From an uncultured Thiodictyon sp. (GTDB lineage: Bacteria; Pseudomonadota; Gammaproteobacteria; Chromatiales; Chromatiaceae): a stretch of 64,000 nucleotides of DNA. The stretch covers positions 2,551 to 66,550 of the forward strand of contig NZ_CAILVI010000494.1 of assembly GCF_903837595.1 (NCBI RefSeq), in the 5' to 3' direction. The notes below the pieces were generated by a model, which had not been told where the DNA came from, did no database searches, and was given only the letters and a program-made list of their open reading frames with translations. The first letter of the stretch is position 1. Every line of letters starts with the position of its first letter. Of this stretch, positions 50,292-59,513 are shown piece after piece. A program made the translations under genes and the position numbers.

Positions 50292-52454
50292 ATGCATCGC
50301 TATACCTTTTTCGCTACCGCACCCAAGCACCTGGGCAGTCTGCTCGCCGAGGAGTTGGCACAATTGGGGCTCGCCGGGGCGGTGGAGGCGCGCGGCGGCG
50401 CCCGCTTCACGGGCACCCTGGAGGACGGCTACCGCGCCTGTCTCTGGTCACGGGTGGCCAACCGGGTCCTGCTGCCACTCGCGCAGTTCCCGGCACCCGA
50501 CACCGAGGAACTCTACGCCGGCGCCCGGGCCATCCACTGGGAGGATCACCTGTCACTGGAACGGACCTTCGCGGTGGGCTTTGACGGCAACCTCGCCGGG
50601 GTCAACCACAGCCAGTTCCCGGCCCTCAAGGTCAAGGACGCCATTGCCGACCGCTTCATCCAGCACTGCGGGGCGCGGCCGAACGTCCACCCGGACCACC
50701 CGGACCTACTGATCCATTGCTACGCCTTCCAGGGCAGCGCCACCATCGCGCTCGATCTCTCGGGTGGCTCACTGCATCGGCGCGGCTACCGCGAAGAGGG
50801 CTCAGCCGCGCCGCTGAAGGAGAACCTGGCGGCCGGACTACTGATGCGCGCCGGCTGGCCGGCCATCGCCGCCGCGGGCGGCGCCCTGCTGGACCCCATG
50901 TGCGGCTCCGGCACCCTGGTGGTCGAGGGCGCGCTGATCGCCGCGGACATCGCCCCGGGACTGCTGCACCAGGACTTCGGCTTCCTGGGCTGGGCTGGAC
51001 ATGAGCCCGCCATCTGGGCACGCCTGATCGACGAGGCGCAGGAGCGGCGCCGCGCCGGTTTGGAGCGACGCAACCCGCTACGCGGCTATGACGCCAGCCC
51101 CACCGCCATCCGGGTGGCGCTAGCCTGCCTGGAGCGGGCCGGACTCGCCGGACGCGCCCATTTCGAGCGACGCGAACTGGCCGACTGCTGGCCAGGCAGA
51201 GAAGGCGACCTGGGCTTGGTCGTCGTCAACCCGCCCTATGGCGAGCGACTCGGCACCGACATCGACCTGCCCGCACTCTATGCGCGGCTGGGCACCCTGC
51301 TGAAGGAGCGCTTCACCGGCTGGCGCGCTGCCGTCATGACCGGCAACCCCGACCTGGGCAAACAGATGGGCCTGCGGGCGCTGCGCATGCACACGCTGTA
51401 CAACGGCCCGATCGAATGCCGGTTGCTGCACTTCGAGGTCGACCCGCAGCACTTCGTCTCCAACCGACCGCGCCCCATTGCGCCCGCGGAACGCAGCGAC
51501 GGCGCGGCCATGCTCGCCAATCGGCTCACCAAAAACCTCAAGGCACTGCGTAAGTGGCTCAAGGCCGAGGACATCACCTGCTATCGGCTCTATGACGCCG
51601 ATCTGCCCGAGTACGCGGTGGCCCTGGATGTCTATGAGGGCGAGCAACGCTTGATCGTCGTGCAGGAATATGCCGCCCCCGCGTCGATCGACCCGCGGGA
51701 TGCGCGGCGCCGGCTGCGTGAGGCCATGAGTGTCATCCCGGAGGTGCTCCAGATCGCCGAGACCCAGGTCTATCTCAAGGTCCGTGAGCGCCAGAAGGGC
51801 GAACGCCAGTACGAACGCATGGCCGAGACCGGCCGCTTCCATGAGGTCACCGAGGGCGGCCACCGCTTCCTGGTCAACTTCGAGGACTATCTGGACACCG
51901 GGCTCTTCCTGGACCACCGCGACACCCGTCGGCTGATCGGCACCCTGGCCGCCGGCAAGCGCTTTCTGAACCTGTTCGCCTACACCGGCACCGCCACCGT
52001 CTATGCCGCCCGCGGGGGGGCCACGGCCACCACCACGGTGGACCTGTCACGCACCTATCTGGATTGGGCGCGGCGCAACCTGGAGCTCAATGGCATCCGG
52101 GGACTGGCCCATGAGCTGATCCACGCCGACTGCCTGGACTGGCTGCGCCTGGTCGAGGGCCGGCGCCGCTTCGACCTGATCTTTCTGGACCCGCCCACCT
52201 TCTCCACCTCCAAGCGGATGGACGAGACGCTCGACATCCAGCGTGACCATGTCGCCCTGATCCGCGCCACGATGCGCCTGCTGGAGCCGGGCGGGACCCT
52301 GATTTTCTCCAACAACCTGCGGCGGTTCCGTATGGAAAGCGAGGCCCTGCCCGAGCTGGAGATCATCGACATCGGCCGCGACACCCTGCCCCGCGACTTC
52401 GCCCGCAACCCGCGTATCCACAATTGCTGGCGTATCCGTTCAGTTCCCGGGTAA
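50292..52454 (+). CDS. rlmL: Bifunctional 23S rRNA methyltransferase RlmKL
   Basis: Start at MHRYTFFATAPKHLG. THUMP/N-terminal methyltransferase with DPMCGSGT and NPPYGERL; C-terminal methyltransferase with FLDPPTFS. Confidence 0.9.
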   Translation: MHRYTFFATAPKHLGSLLAEELAQLGLAGAVEARGGARFTGTLEDGYRACLWSRVANRVLLPLAQFPAPDTEELYAGARAIHWEDHLSLERTFAVGFDGNLAGVNHSQFPALKVKDAIADRFIQHCGARPNVHPDHPDLLIHCYAFQGSATIALDLSGGSLHRRGYREEGSAAPLKENLAAGLLMRAGWPAIAAAGGALLDPMCGSGTLVVEGALIAADIAPGLLHQDFGFLGWAGHEPAIWARLIDEAQERRRAGLERRNPLRGYDASPTAIRVALACLERAGLAGRAHFERRELADCWPGREGDLGLVVVNPPYGERLGTDIDLPALYARLGTLLKERFTGWRAAVMTGNPDLGKQMGLRALRMHTLYNGPIECRLLHFEVDPQHFVSNRPRPIAPAERSDGAAMLANRLTKNLKALRKWLKAEDITCYRLYDADLPEYAVALDVYEGEQRLIVVQEYAAPASIDPRDARRRLREAMSVIPEVLQIAETQVYLKVRERQKGERQYERMAETGRFHEVTEGGHRFLVNFEDYLDTGLFLDHRDTRRLIGTLAAGKRFLNLFAYTGTATVYAARGGATATTTVDLSRTYLDWARRNLELNGIRGLAHELIHADCLDWLRLVEGRRRFDLIFLDPPTFSTSKRMDETLDIQRDHVALIRATMRLLEPGGTLIFSNNLRRFRMESEALPELEIIDIGRDTLPRDFARNPRIHNCWRIRSVPG

Positions 52455-52466
52455 GGTTTTCTTTCT

Positions 52467-52577
52467 GGTGACACCGCTCTGGCGGTGTCACCCCTGTGTT
52501 GGCCGCTATGCGGCCTGCGGCGGCCCCGGGGCGCACCGCGCCAAACACATGCGTGACACCGCTCGAGCGGTGTCACG
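52467..52577. repeat. Composite palindrome bounded by two GTGACACCGC-N4-GCGGTGTCAC hairpins
   Basis: GGTGACACCGCTCTGGCGGTGTCACC at 52467..52492 and CGTGACACCGCTCGAGCGGTGTCACG at 52552..52577. Inner arms TGTGTTGGC / GCCAAACACA. Lies between convergent rlmL and the OmpA-lipoprotein gene. Confidence 0.75.
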
Positions 52578-52591
52578 AGGTACGGCTAGTT

Positions 52592-53272
52592 TCAACTCCC
52601 CTCGGTAATGGGCACGATGGTGATGTCCACCCGGCGATTCTGGCGCCGACCGGCGTCGGTCTCGTTGCTCGCCACCGGTTGAGACGGACCGAAGCCGGCA
52701 GTATAGATGCGGCCGGGCAACACCTGCTGCCCCTCCAGATAGCGCTGCACGGACGCCGCGCGCCGCTGCGAGAGTTGCTGGTTCAGCTCCGCCGAGCCGG
52801 TGCTGTCGGTATGGCCAGCGACCACCAGTTCGGTCTTACCATACTTGTTCATGATCTTCGCGATCCGGTCCATGGTGCTGTCGAAGCTCGGCTTGATCTG
52901 ATCCGAATTCACCTCGAAGGTGGTCTCCCCGGTCATGCGCACCAGCAGCTTGTCACCGGGCAGCTTGTCGACCTTGATGACCCCGGAGGAGATCTCCGGC
53001 GCCAGGGCCTTCACAAAGTCCTTGCGTTGACTCTCCATGTAGGCTCCAGCCGCCCCCCCGATCAGCGCCCCGCCGACTAGGCCGATCAGCGCCCCGCGGC
53101 CGGCCTGACCACTCGCTGAGCCGATGATCGCCCCCAAGGCGGCGCCGGTGGCGGTGCCGATGGCCGCCCCCTGCCCGGTCTCGGTCATCCCGGACCCGTC
53201 GGAGGCACACCCAGCCACGAGCAGACTGACGGTCGCCGCGATCGCGGCATGCTTGGCAAGAGACTGATTCAT
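52592..53272 (-). CDS. OmpA-family lipoprotein with a glycine-zipper region
   Basis: Lipobox LLVAGC, a Gly-zipper (GAAIGTATGAALGAIIGSASG), and the OmpA C-domain (GHTDSTGSAELNQQLSQRRAASV...NRRVDI). Confidence 0.85.
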   Translation of the reverse strand: MNQSLAKHAAIAATVSLLVAGCASDGSGMTETGQGAAIGTATGAALGAIIGSASGQAGRGALIGLVGGALIGGAAGAYMESQRKDFVKALAPEISSGVIKVDKLPGDKLLVRMTGETTFEVNSDQIKPSFDSTMDRIAKIMNKYGKTELVVAGHTDSTGSAELNQQLSQRRAASVQRYLEGQQVLPGRIYTAGFGPSQPVASNETDAGRRQNRRVDITIVPITEGS

Positions 53273-53419
53273 TGTGACTACTCCACAACCAGAAGGTTGT
53301 TTACTGGGAGGGGATGCGTTGGGTTGACCTGCCGGCCGGCCCTGGCCCTGGTGCGCATCGCCGGGGGCGCGATGATAGCAGAGCCGCGCGGCACGCCCCC
53401 GATCGTTGCGGATGTCGGT

Positions 53420-55358
53420 TCACTGTTCGCCAGCGGCCCCCAGTGTCTGGCGACCCGGCGACCCTAGTGTCCGCCTGATGATTTCCGCAGCAATGACCTC
53501 AGCACCGGCGACAGACATATGTTGGTCATCACGATATAAGGCGATATTGTTTCTTACGGCGGCGCAGGTCATTTGATTGCAGAAAAACTCCGCCGGATTA
53601 ATGATGGTCGCTGCCTTTGGCAAATCGCCCAGTCGCGACAGAATAAACGCTGAACTGCGGTCCCACTGAGATCGGCTCAGGGCGCCCACCCAGGTGAAGT
53701 CATATGGCTCCGCCGCGATATAAGCTTGAACGTGTTTCGGCAATTGCGGCGCCTGCATCACAACGATCACATTTTTCTTGGCCGCGACCAGATATTTCAC
53801 CGTATCAACATAGGATTTCCATATTTTCGATCGCCCGGCGTCATTCGCCGGCCGGAAGTCGTCTGCCGAAGGACGCGACCGTACAACATCAGCAAGATAG
53901 GTCTTGTATGATATGACAACATGACTGAGCCGATCATTATGCGCAATGTAATCAACCGCTTCCTGTGTCCACGCTGAACACCCGTCAACCCCGACAACCC
54001 TGCCAAATGATGGCGGACAGCCATTAAACGTAAGATGCTTCACACCTGTATCAAAAGCCTTCAACTTCTCCGCCAAGGCATAAGCAAGCTCAATCCCATG
54101 ACTGTTGCCTAACACGACCCAATCCGGATCACTCACGTGATACGTGCAAGCATCGCTCGGCTTGCGATAGTCAAGCCCCGCGGTATAACATTGCTCGTAT
54201 TTCGGATTGACTGATCTCGTGAGCATGATCTTACGCTGCGCCTCATTCAGCCCGAACATCTCAAATCCGTTCAACACCTTCCCTGTCAGACCAAAGCCAA
54301 TGAAAGAACTGGTTGCTATGGCGAAGAACACCATCACCGCCTTTCTTGAGACAACATTCTTGCGCCTGAATGGCTGCTCGACAAAACGCCAGCTGACATA
54401 GGCGAGCACGAGTGAGCCGATCACCAGCAGGAGAAAAAGCCAAGCCGGTTCGCGCGGACTGAACTGTCGCGCAAACGCAAGCAGTGGCTGGTGCCACAAA
54501 TAGGCACTGTAGCTGATCAGTCCGATACCGACCAACGCCTTACTCCCCAACAGGGTTCCCACCAAGGTCCCCGGCCAGGCAAATAGCATGATCAAGCCCG
54601 CACCGATCGTGGCCGCCAGGGCATAGCCGAAGAATGGCGTGCGGGCACTAAACGCAAAGATGTTATAAACGATCAGCAACAGACCCAACACACCCAAGCC
54701 CTGTTTGATGATGCCGACAGTTGCCGGGCGTTGCCGATTGAACAAATAGCAGGCGACCAAGGCACCGAGCACCAGCTCCCAACCACGTGGCGGCAGCAGA
54801 AAAAAGGCGGTAGCGCGTCCGCTCATTGGACCCCAATGCGCCGCCGCCAGGCTCATGGTGGCCAAGCATGCCAGCAGCGCCACCATCCATTTTCGACCCA
54901 AGCGCCAGGCGAGCAAGAGAAACAGCGGAAACAAGACATAAACTGCTCCTCAACCGCCAGGCTCCAGGTATGCAACAGGGGCTTGAGCTCGGCGGCGGGC
55001 ACAAAATATCCCGTATCGCGCATGAAAAAGATATTAGAAGCAAACAGCGAGAGGGCCACGAGACTCTTGGAGAAATCCTTCATCTCGTTGGATGGCAGCA
55101 GCCACCAGGCGAAAGGAATACAGGTCGCCATCACCAGGAACAGAGCCGGCAGGAGGCGGCGCGCCCGCCGTTCATAGAAATCGCTAAGCGAGAAGCGACC
55201 GAGTGCCAACTCAGTCAGAATCAGCGTGGTGATCAGATAGCCGCTCATGACGAAAAAGACGTCAACGCCGCCACTAAACTGTCTAAAGCCGGCATGAAAC
55301 AACATAACCGGCATAACGGCCAAGGCGCGCAGGCCACTATTTCGCGTCGATAGTTCAT
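53420..55358 (-). pseudogene. OafA/YrhL-type acyltransferase-3 plus SGNH-domain gene with two single-base frameshifts, in a lower-GC segment
   Basis: ATG 55358 with a GAGGA SD gives MNYRREI, then the frame shifts to (S)GLRALAVMPVMLFHAG near 55336. A second shift in the A/T run at 54940..54942 splits HTWSLAVEEQF / YVLFPLFLLLAW. Confidence 0.7.
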
Positions 55359-55459
55359 ACCGTCCTCAAGAAAACCAGGGACTAAAGGTCTGTCCTCAAT
55401 CCTCGTTCACTCCTCCTTCCCAAGCTCCGCTTGGGAATGCGGATCTGAAAGCTCCGCTT

Positions 55460-56060
55460 TCAGTCTACGCGAAGACAGATGTCACGGCCGCCAGTGGACG
55501 CAAAGGTTGGACCCGTCGCGGCTGGATTGCCCTGACCGCCGAAGAGGCGGCGGGTGCCGGCGACGAAGGCGCCCTCGATGCCCCACAGCTCGCGCGCGCG
55601 GCCCCAGAAGTCGGATGGCTGGCCCTCGGGCAGGTTGGGCGGCGGCAGACGCTGATGCGCGGGTTGGAGAGGAAGAGCCAGGTACCCTCGTGGTGGCGCA
55701 GCTGTTCCCAGGGCTGGTCGAGGACGGAGGGATGGCCGCTGTCGATGCTGAGCGGGCGGCCTGGGCGGCGAATTCGGCATAGCGCTTGCCGGCATCCTAG
55801 CTCTGCTGGAAGACGGCGTTGAAGAGGGCGTGGCCCCAGACATCGAGCTTGGCGGCGATGGCGGCGGCGCGGTCGTCCTCGAGTTCGGCGGCGTAGTGGG
55901 TCGGATAGACCTCCAGGTACCAGTGCAGGCCGTCCTAGTCGGCCGCGGTGAGCGGACCCGCGAAGGGTAGTGGCGCGGTGCGCCGGGGGCGGCCCTCCCC
56001 GATCAGCTCGACGACGACGTGCGCCGGGTCCGGGAAGTTGAGGATCAGTTCCATGGCCAT
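55460..56060 (-). pseudogene. Fragment of the N-terminal region of a CHAT/STAND-type protein
   Basis: MAMELILNFPDPAHVVVELIGEG...PLTAAD*DGLHWYLEVYPTHYAAELEDD...LFNAVFQQS*DAGKRYAEF. In-frame TAGs at 55935..55937 and 55797..55799 (plus-strand coordinates). The continuation (LSIDSGHPSVLDQPWEQL.., then ..FWGRARELWGIEGAFVAG..) lies in other frames. Confidence 0.5.
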
Positions 56061-56194
56061 GGGCGTTGCTCCGCTCGGGTGGGGGTCCGGTCGCTACGAG
56101 GCGGGCGCGGGGGAGTTGAACGCCTCCCGACGCGTCGGCGACAGACTAACCTCAAGGCGGGCAAGGGACAAGGGACGGCGAGAGGGGCTGCGAT

Positions 56195-56328
56195 GGCCTT
56201 GATCATCGGCCCGGCCACTGGGAGCGCCGCACCCCAGTGCGGCGTGATCACGGCATCGCGTGCGGCGGATGGGCCGGGCCGCACGGGGGTGCGGCGCTCC
56301 CGGTCGGTCGGCCTGACGGCCGACCGAC
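56195..56328. repeat. Partial or rearranged relative of the 32735..32943 MITE
   Basis: Shares the left terminus GGCCTTGATCATCG and a 28-nt identical core ACTGGGAGCGCCGCACCCCAGTGCGGCG (32791..32818 = 56217..56244). No right terminal repeat is seen. Confidence 0.5.
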
Positions 56329-56341
56329 GGGATAGCAATCC

Positions 56342-57553
56342 TCAGGCGTAGGCAGGTGCGAAGGCCAGTTCGGGGTCCGTGATGGGCCCGTTCTCGCCCC
56401 AATAGGGTGAGAGCTTGCGCAATTGGGCGACGATGGGCGGCACGGCGCGGATGACGGTCTCGACCTCCTCCATGGTGTTGTAGCGGGAGAAGCTGAAGCG
56501 CACCGTCCCGTGAGCGGCGGTATAGGGGATGCCCATGGCGCGCATGACATGGGATGGCTCCAGCGAGCCGGAGGTGCAGGCCGAGCCGGAGGAGGCGGCG
56601 ATGCCCAGCTTGTTCAGGAGCAGCAGGATCGACTCGCCCTCGATGTATTCGAATGCAATGTTGCAGGTGTTGGGCAGGCGGTTGGTCACGTCCCCGGTGA
56701 CGAAGCAATGCGGGACGGCCGCCAGGATGCCCTGCTCCAGGCGGTCGCGCAGCTGGCGCACGGTCCGCTTCTCGGTGTCCATGTGTTGCAGGGCCAGTTC
56801 ACAGGCCTTGCCCAGGGCGACGATGGAGGCTGAATTCTCGGTCCCGGCACGCCGGCCGCGCTCCTGGTGTCCGCCGCGCAGCAGCGGCCGGAAGCGGGTG
56901 TTGCGGCGCAGATACAACACGCCGATCCCTTTGGGGGCGTGGAGCTTGTGACCCGAGAGCGACAGCATGTCGATGCTGGTGTCCTTGAGATCGATGGGGA
57001 TCTTGCCAACCGCCTGCACCGCGTCGGTGTGGAACATCACCCCGGCGGAGCGCGCGAGGTCCGCCATCTCCTCGACCGGGAACAGGGTGCCTGACTCATT
57101 GTTGGCCCACATCACGGTGACGAGTGCGACCCGCTCCGACAGCAGGTCCATGTATTCCTGCATGTCGAGCCGGCCCTTGCCGTTCACCTTGAGACGGTGA
57201 ATCTTATAGCCCTCCTTCTCCAATTGTTCGCAGAGCGCCAGGATGGCCGGGTGCTCGACCACCGTGGTGATGATCTCCTTGCGCTCCGGCTGGGCCTTCA
57301 GCGCGGAAAGGATCGCGGTGGAATCCGACTCGGTACCGCAGGAGGTAAAGATGATCTCCGAGTCATGCTCGGCGCCCAGCAATGCCTGCACCTGTTGGCG
57401 GGCCTGCTTGATGGCCTGCCCGACCCGATTGCCGTACTGGTGCAGTGAGGACGGATTGCCGAACTGCTCGGTGAAATAGGGCAGCATGGCCTGCACCACC
57501 TCCGGCGAGACCATGGTGGTAGCGTTATTGTCCAGATAGATGCCGTCGGTCAT
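56342..57553 (-). CDS. nifS: Cysteine desulfurase NifS
   Basis: Start at MTDGIYLDNNATT. PLP-Lys motif SLSGHKLHAPKG, active-site SSGSACTSG, and a NifS-type C-terminal extension. Confidence 0.9.
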   Translation of the reverse strand: MTDGIYLDNNATTMVSPEVVQAMLPYFTEQFGNPSSLHQYGNRVGQAIKQARQQVQALLGAEHDSEIIFTSCGTESDSTAILSALKAQPERKEIITTVVEHPAILALCEQLEKEGYKIHRLKVNGKGRLDMQEYMDLLSERVALVTVMWANNESGTLFPVEEMADLARSAGVMFHTDAVQAVGKIPIDLKDTSIDMLSLSGHKLHAPKGIGVLYLRRNTRFRPLLRGGHQERGRRAGTENSASIVALGKACELALQHMDTEKRTVRQLRDRLEQGILAAVPHCFVTGDVTNRLPNTCNIAFEYIEGESILLLLNKLGIAASSGSACTSGSLEPSHVMRAMGIPYTAAHGTVRFSFSRYNTMEEVETVIRAVPPIVAQLRKLSPYWGENGPITDPELAFAPAYA

Positions 57554-57610
57554 GGTCGTGCCTCGGTTGGATAAGATCGGGTCGGCGCGGCGCGCAGCGC
57601 CTGACACAGG

Positions 57611-57635
57611 CGTGACACCGCAAAGCGGTGTCACG
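57611..57635. repeat. Third copy of the GTGACACCGC hairpin, in the nifU-nifS intergenic region
   Basis: CGTGACACCGCAAAGCGGTGTCACG, followed by AGG as in the copy at 52552. Confidence 0.7.
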
Positions 57636-57649
57636 AGGATAGATCGGGG

Positions 57650-58525
57650 TCAGGCCCGTGCCCGCATGGCCGCTGCCGGCAGGACGCGCACGAATTCGCC
57701 CAGGTCCTCAATGATCCGCTGCTGGATGCCCTCAATGGTCACTGAGGCCATCTGACAACCGGCGCAGGCCCCGGTCATGTTCACATAGACGGTCTTGCCG
57801 TCCACCTCCACCAGTTCCACGTCGCCGCGGTCGCGCTGGAGGTTCGGGCGGATCGCCTCGATGGCCCCCTCGATGCGGCGGATGCGCGCGAGCGTCCCAA
57901 GCTTGGGCCGAACGGCGGGCGCGGGTGCGGACGCGGTGGCATTGAAGGCCCGGCCTTGGTCCTTGCACACGCGGGTCAGGATCTCCTCCACCCCCTCGTG
58001 ACAGGCAGAGCATCCACCGCCGGCCTTGGTATAGTTGGTGACCTCCTCCACACTGGAGAGCCCGTTCGCCCGGATGGTCTCCTCGATCAGGACCGCGTCC
58101 ACCGCGAAGCACTTGCACACCATGGCGCCTTCTGCATGGTCGTCCTTCCAGACCTCACCGCGATAGTTCGCCACGGCCGCCTGGAGCGCCTCGCGCCCCA
58201 TCACGGAGCAATGCATCTTCTCCGGGGGCAGGCCGTCGAGAAAGTCGGCGATGTCCTGGTTGGTGACCGTCAGGGCCTGGTCCAGGGTCATGCCCTTGAT
58301 GATCTCGGTGAGTGCGGAACTGGAGGCGATGGCCGAGCCGCAACCAAAGGTCTGGAAACCCGCGTCTTTGATGACCTGGCTCTGCGGATCGACCTTGAGC
58401 GACAGGCGCAGTGCATCGCCGCAGGACAAGGACCCGACGTCACCGACGGCATTGGCGTCGGCGACGGCACCGGCGTTGCGCGGACTGAAGAAGTGGTCTT
58501 TGACCTTGTCCGAGTAATCCCACAT
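57650..58525 (-). CDS. nifU: Fe-S cluster assembly scaffold NifU (three-domain type)
   Basis: Start at [13 protein letters not shown]-terminal IscU-like domain ([20 protein letters not shown]), central 2Fe-2S domain (CKC...GGGCSAC) and C-terminal Nfu domain (GACAGC). Confidence 0.9.
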   Translation of the reverse strand: MWDYSDKVKDHFFSPRNAGAVADANAVGDVGSLSCGDALRLSLKVDPQSQVIKDAGFQTFGCGSAIASSSALTEIIKGMTLDQALTVTNQDIADFLDGLPPEKMHCSVMGREALQAAVANYRGEVWKDDHAEGAMVCKCFAVDAVLIEETIRANGLSSVEEVTNYTKAGGGCSACHEGVEEILTRVCKDQGRAFNATASAPAPAVRPKLGTLARIRRIEGAIEAIRPNLQRDRGDVELVEVDGKTVYVNMTGACAGCQMASVTIEGIQQRIIEDLGEFVRVLPAAAMRARA

Positions 58526-58596
58526 GGCGTGTCTCCGGGAAAGAAGATGAATCTGAACCGCACCGACGCGGCCGGCGCCGGGTGTCGCGGGGCCGT

Positions 58597-58920
58597 TTAG
58601 GCGCTGAACGACTTGCCGCAGCCGCAACTCTGGGTGGCATTGGGATTGACGAAGGTGAATCCATTGCCCTCCATGCTGTCCTTGAAGTCCATGGTGATGC
58701 CGGCCAGCAGCGGTGCGCTGGTGGGGTCCACGAAGATCTTCACCCCACCGCACTCCACGGTCGCGTCGTCGGCGCGCGCCGCGGCCTCCAGGGCCAGCGC
58801 ATATTGCAGGCCGGAACATCCGCCGCCGGTGACCGAGATCCGCAGGCCGGCGACCGGGTCGGCCGACCCCTTGATGAAACGGGTGACGGCCTTCAGTGCG
58901 CTGGGGGTCAGGGTCAACAT
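58597..58920 (-). CDS. iscA: HesB/IscA-family Fe-S cluster insertion protein (nif-associated)
   Basis: 107 aa. Contains GGGCSGLQY and the C-terminal CGCGKSF. Confidence 0.9.
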   Translation of the reverse strand: MLTLTPSALKAVTRFIKGSADPVAGLRISVTGGGCSGLQYALALEAAARADDATVECGGVKIFVDPTSAPLLAGITMDFKDSMEGNGFTFVNPNATQSCGCGKSFSA

Positions 58921-58972
58921 GGTCAGGTGCTCCGGATGGCTTGAGTCTTGCTTTTGCTGTTAGCGAGGAAAA

Positions 58973-58988
58973 AGCAATCCCCATGCCA
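58973..58988 (-). promoter_or_regulatory. sigma54 (-24/-12) promoter for iscA-nifU-nifS
   Basis: The minus strand reads TGGCATGGGGATTGCT, matching TGGCAC-N5-TTGCW in spacing. It lies about 50 nt upstream of the iscA ATG. Confidence 0.6.
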
Positions 58989-59051
58989 GCCACCAAAGAC
59001 CCGGCATGTCGTTGTTTTTCCTAATCGAAGACAGCAAACCGCCGCTGGCCT

Positions 59052-59067
59052 TGTCGCCTCTGCAACA
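59052..59067. promoter_or_regulatory. Candidate NifA upstream activator sequence (TGT-N10-ACA)
   Basis: TGTCGCCTCTGCAACA, centred about 100 nt upstream of the predicted transcription start of the sigma54 promoter. Confidence 0.45.
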
Positions 59068-59148
59068 GCACAGCGCAGTATCTTGGTCGGATTAATGACA
59101 GACCCGAACAGCCAATCCAACACACCCACCGCTAAGGGAGCACACCCC

Positions 59149-59403
59149 ATGACCCTCGACCAACTCAGCCCCGGCGACCTGGTCTATGCCGCCGCCGACA
59201 TCATCAACGACGGGGGTATCCCGGACCTGGCCGAGGATGCACTGATCGCATCCCCTGGAACCCGCGGGGTGATCCTCAAGATCGGTCATCTGGAGGAAGA
59301 CCCGGAGCGCACACTCTATCTGGTCCGCTTCGAGGGACCGGGGCTGGTGCTGGGGCCGCCGACAGGGTGTTGGGCGGAGGAACTGACAACGCAGGCGGCC
59401 TGA
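59149..59403 (+). CDS. nifZ: NifZ-like protein
   Basis: PGDLVYAAADIINDGGIP...GTRGVILKIGH...LYLVRFEG matches the recalled NifZ pattern. Divergent from iscA-nifUS. Confidence 0.65.
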   Translation: MTLDQLSPGDLVYAAADIINDGGIPDLAEDALIASPGTRGVILKIGHLEEDPERTLYLVRFEGPGLVLGPPTGCWAEELTTQAA

Positions 59404-59411
59404 GTTCGTCG

Positions 59412-59513
59412 GGTGGATAAGCGCAGCGCATCCACCGCACCGCCAGGCTTGGTGGATGCGGCGCGACCAGCCCTGTGCTTGGCCGGCAACACCCCGCGCG
59501 CGCCTTATCCACC
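59412..59513. repeat. Cluster of GGTGGATAAGCGC-type palindromic units (REP-C)
   Basis: GGTGGATAAGCGCAGCGCATCCACC at 59412..59436, GGTGGATGCGGCGCG at 59451..59465 and CGCGCGCCTTATCCACC at 59497..59513. Lies between convergent nifZ and the FIST gene. Confidence 0.6.
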
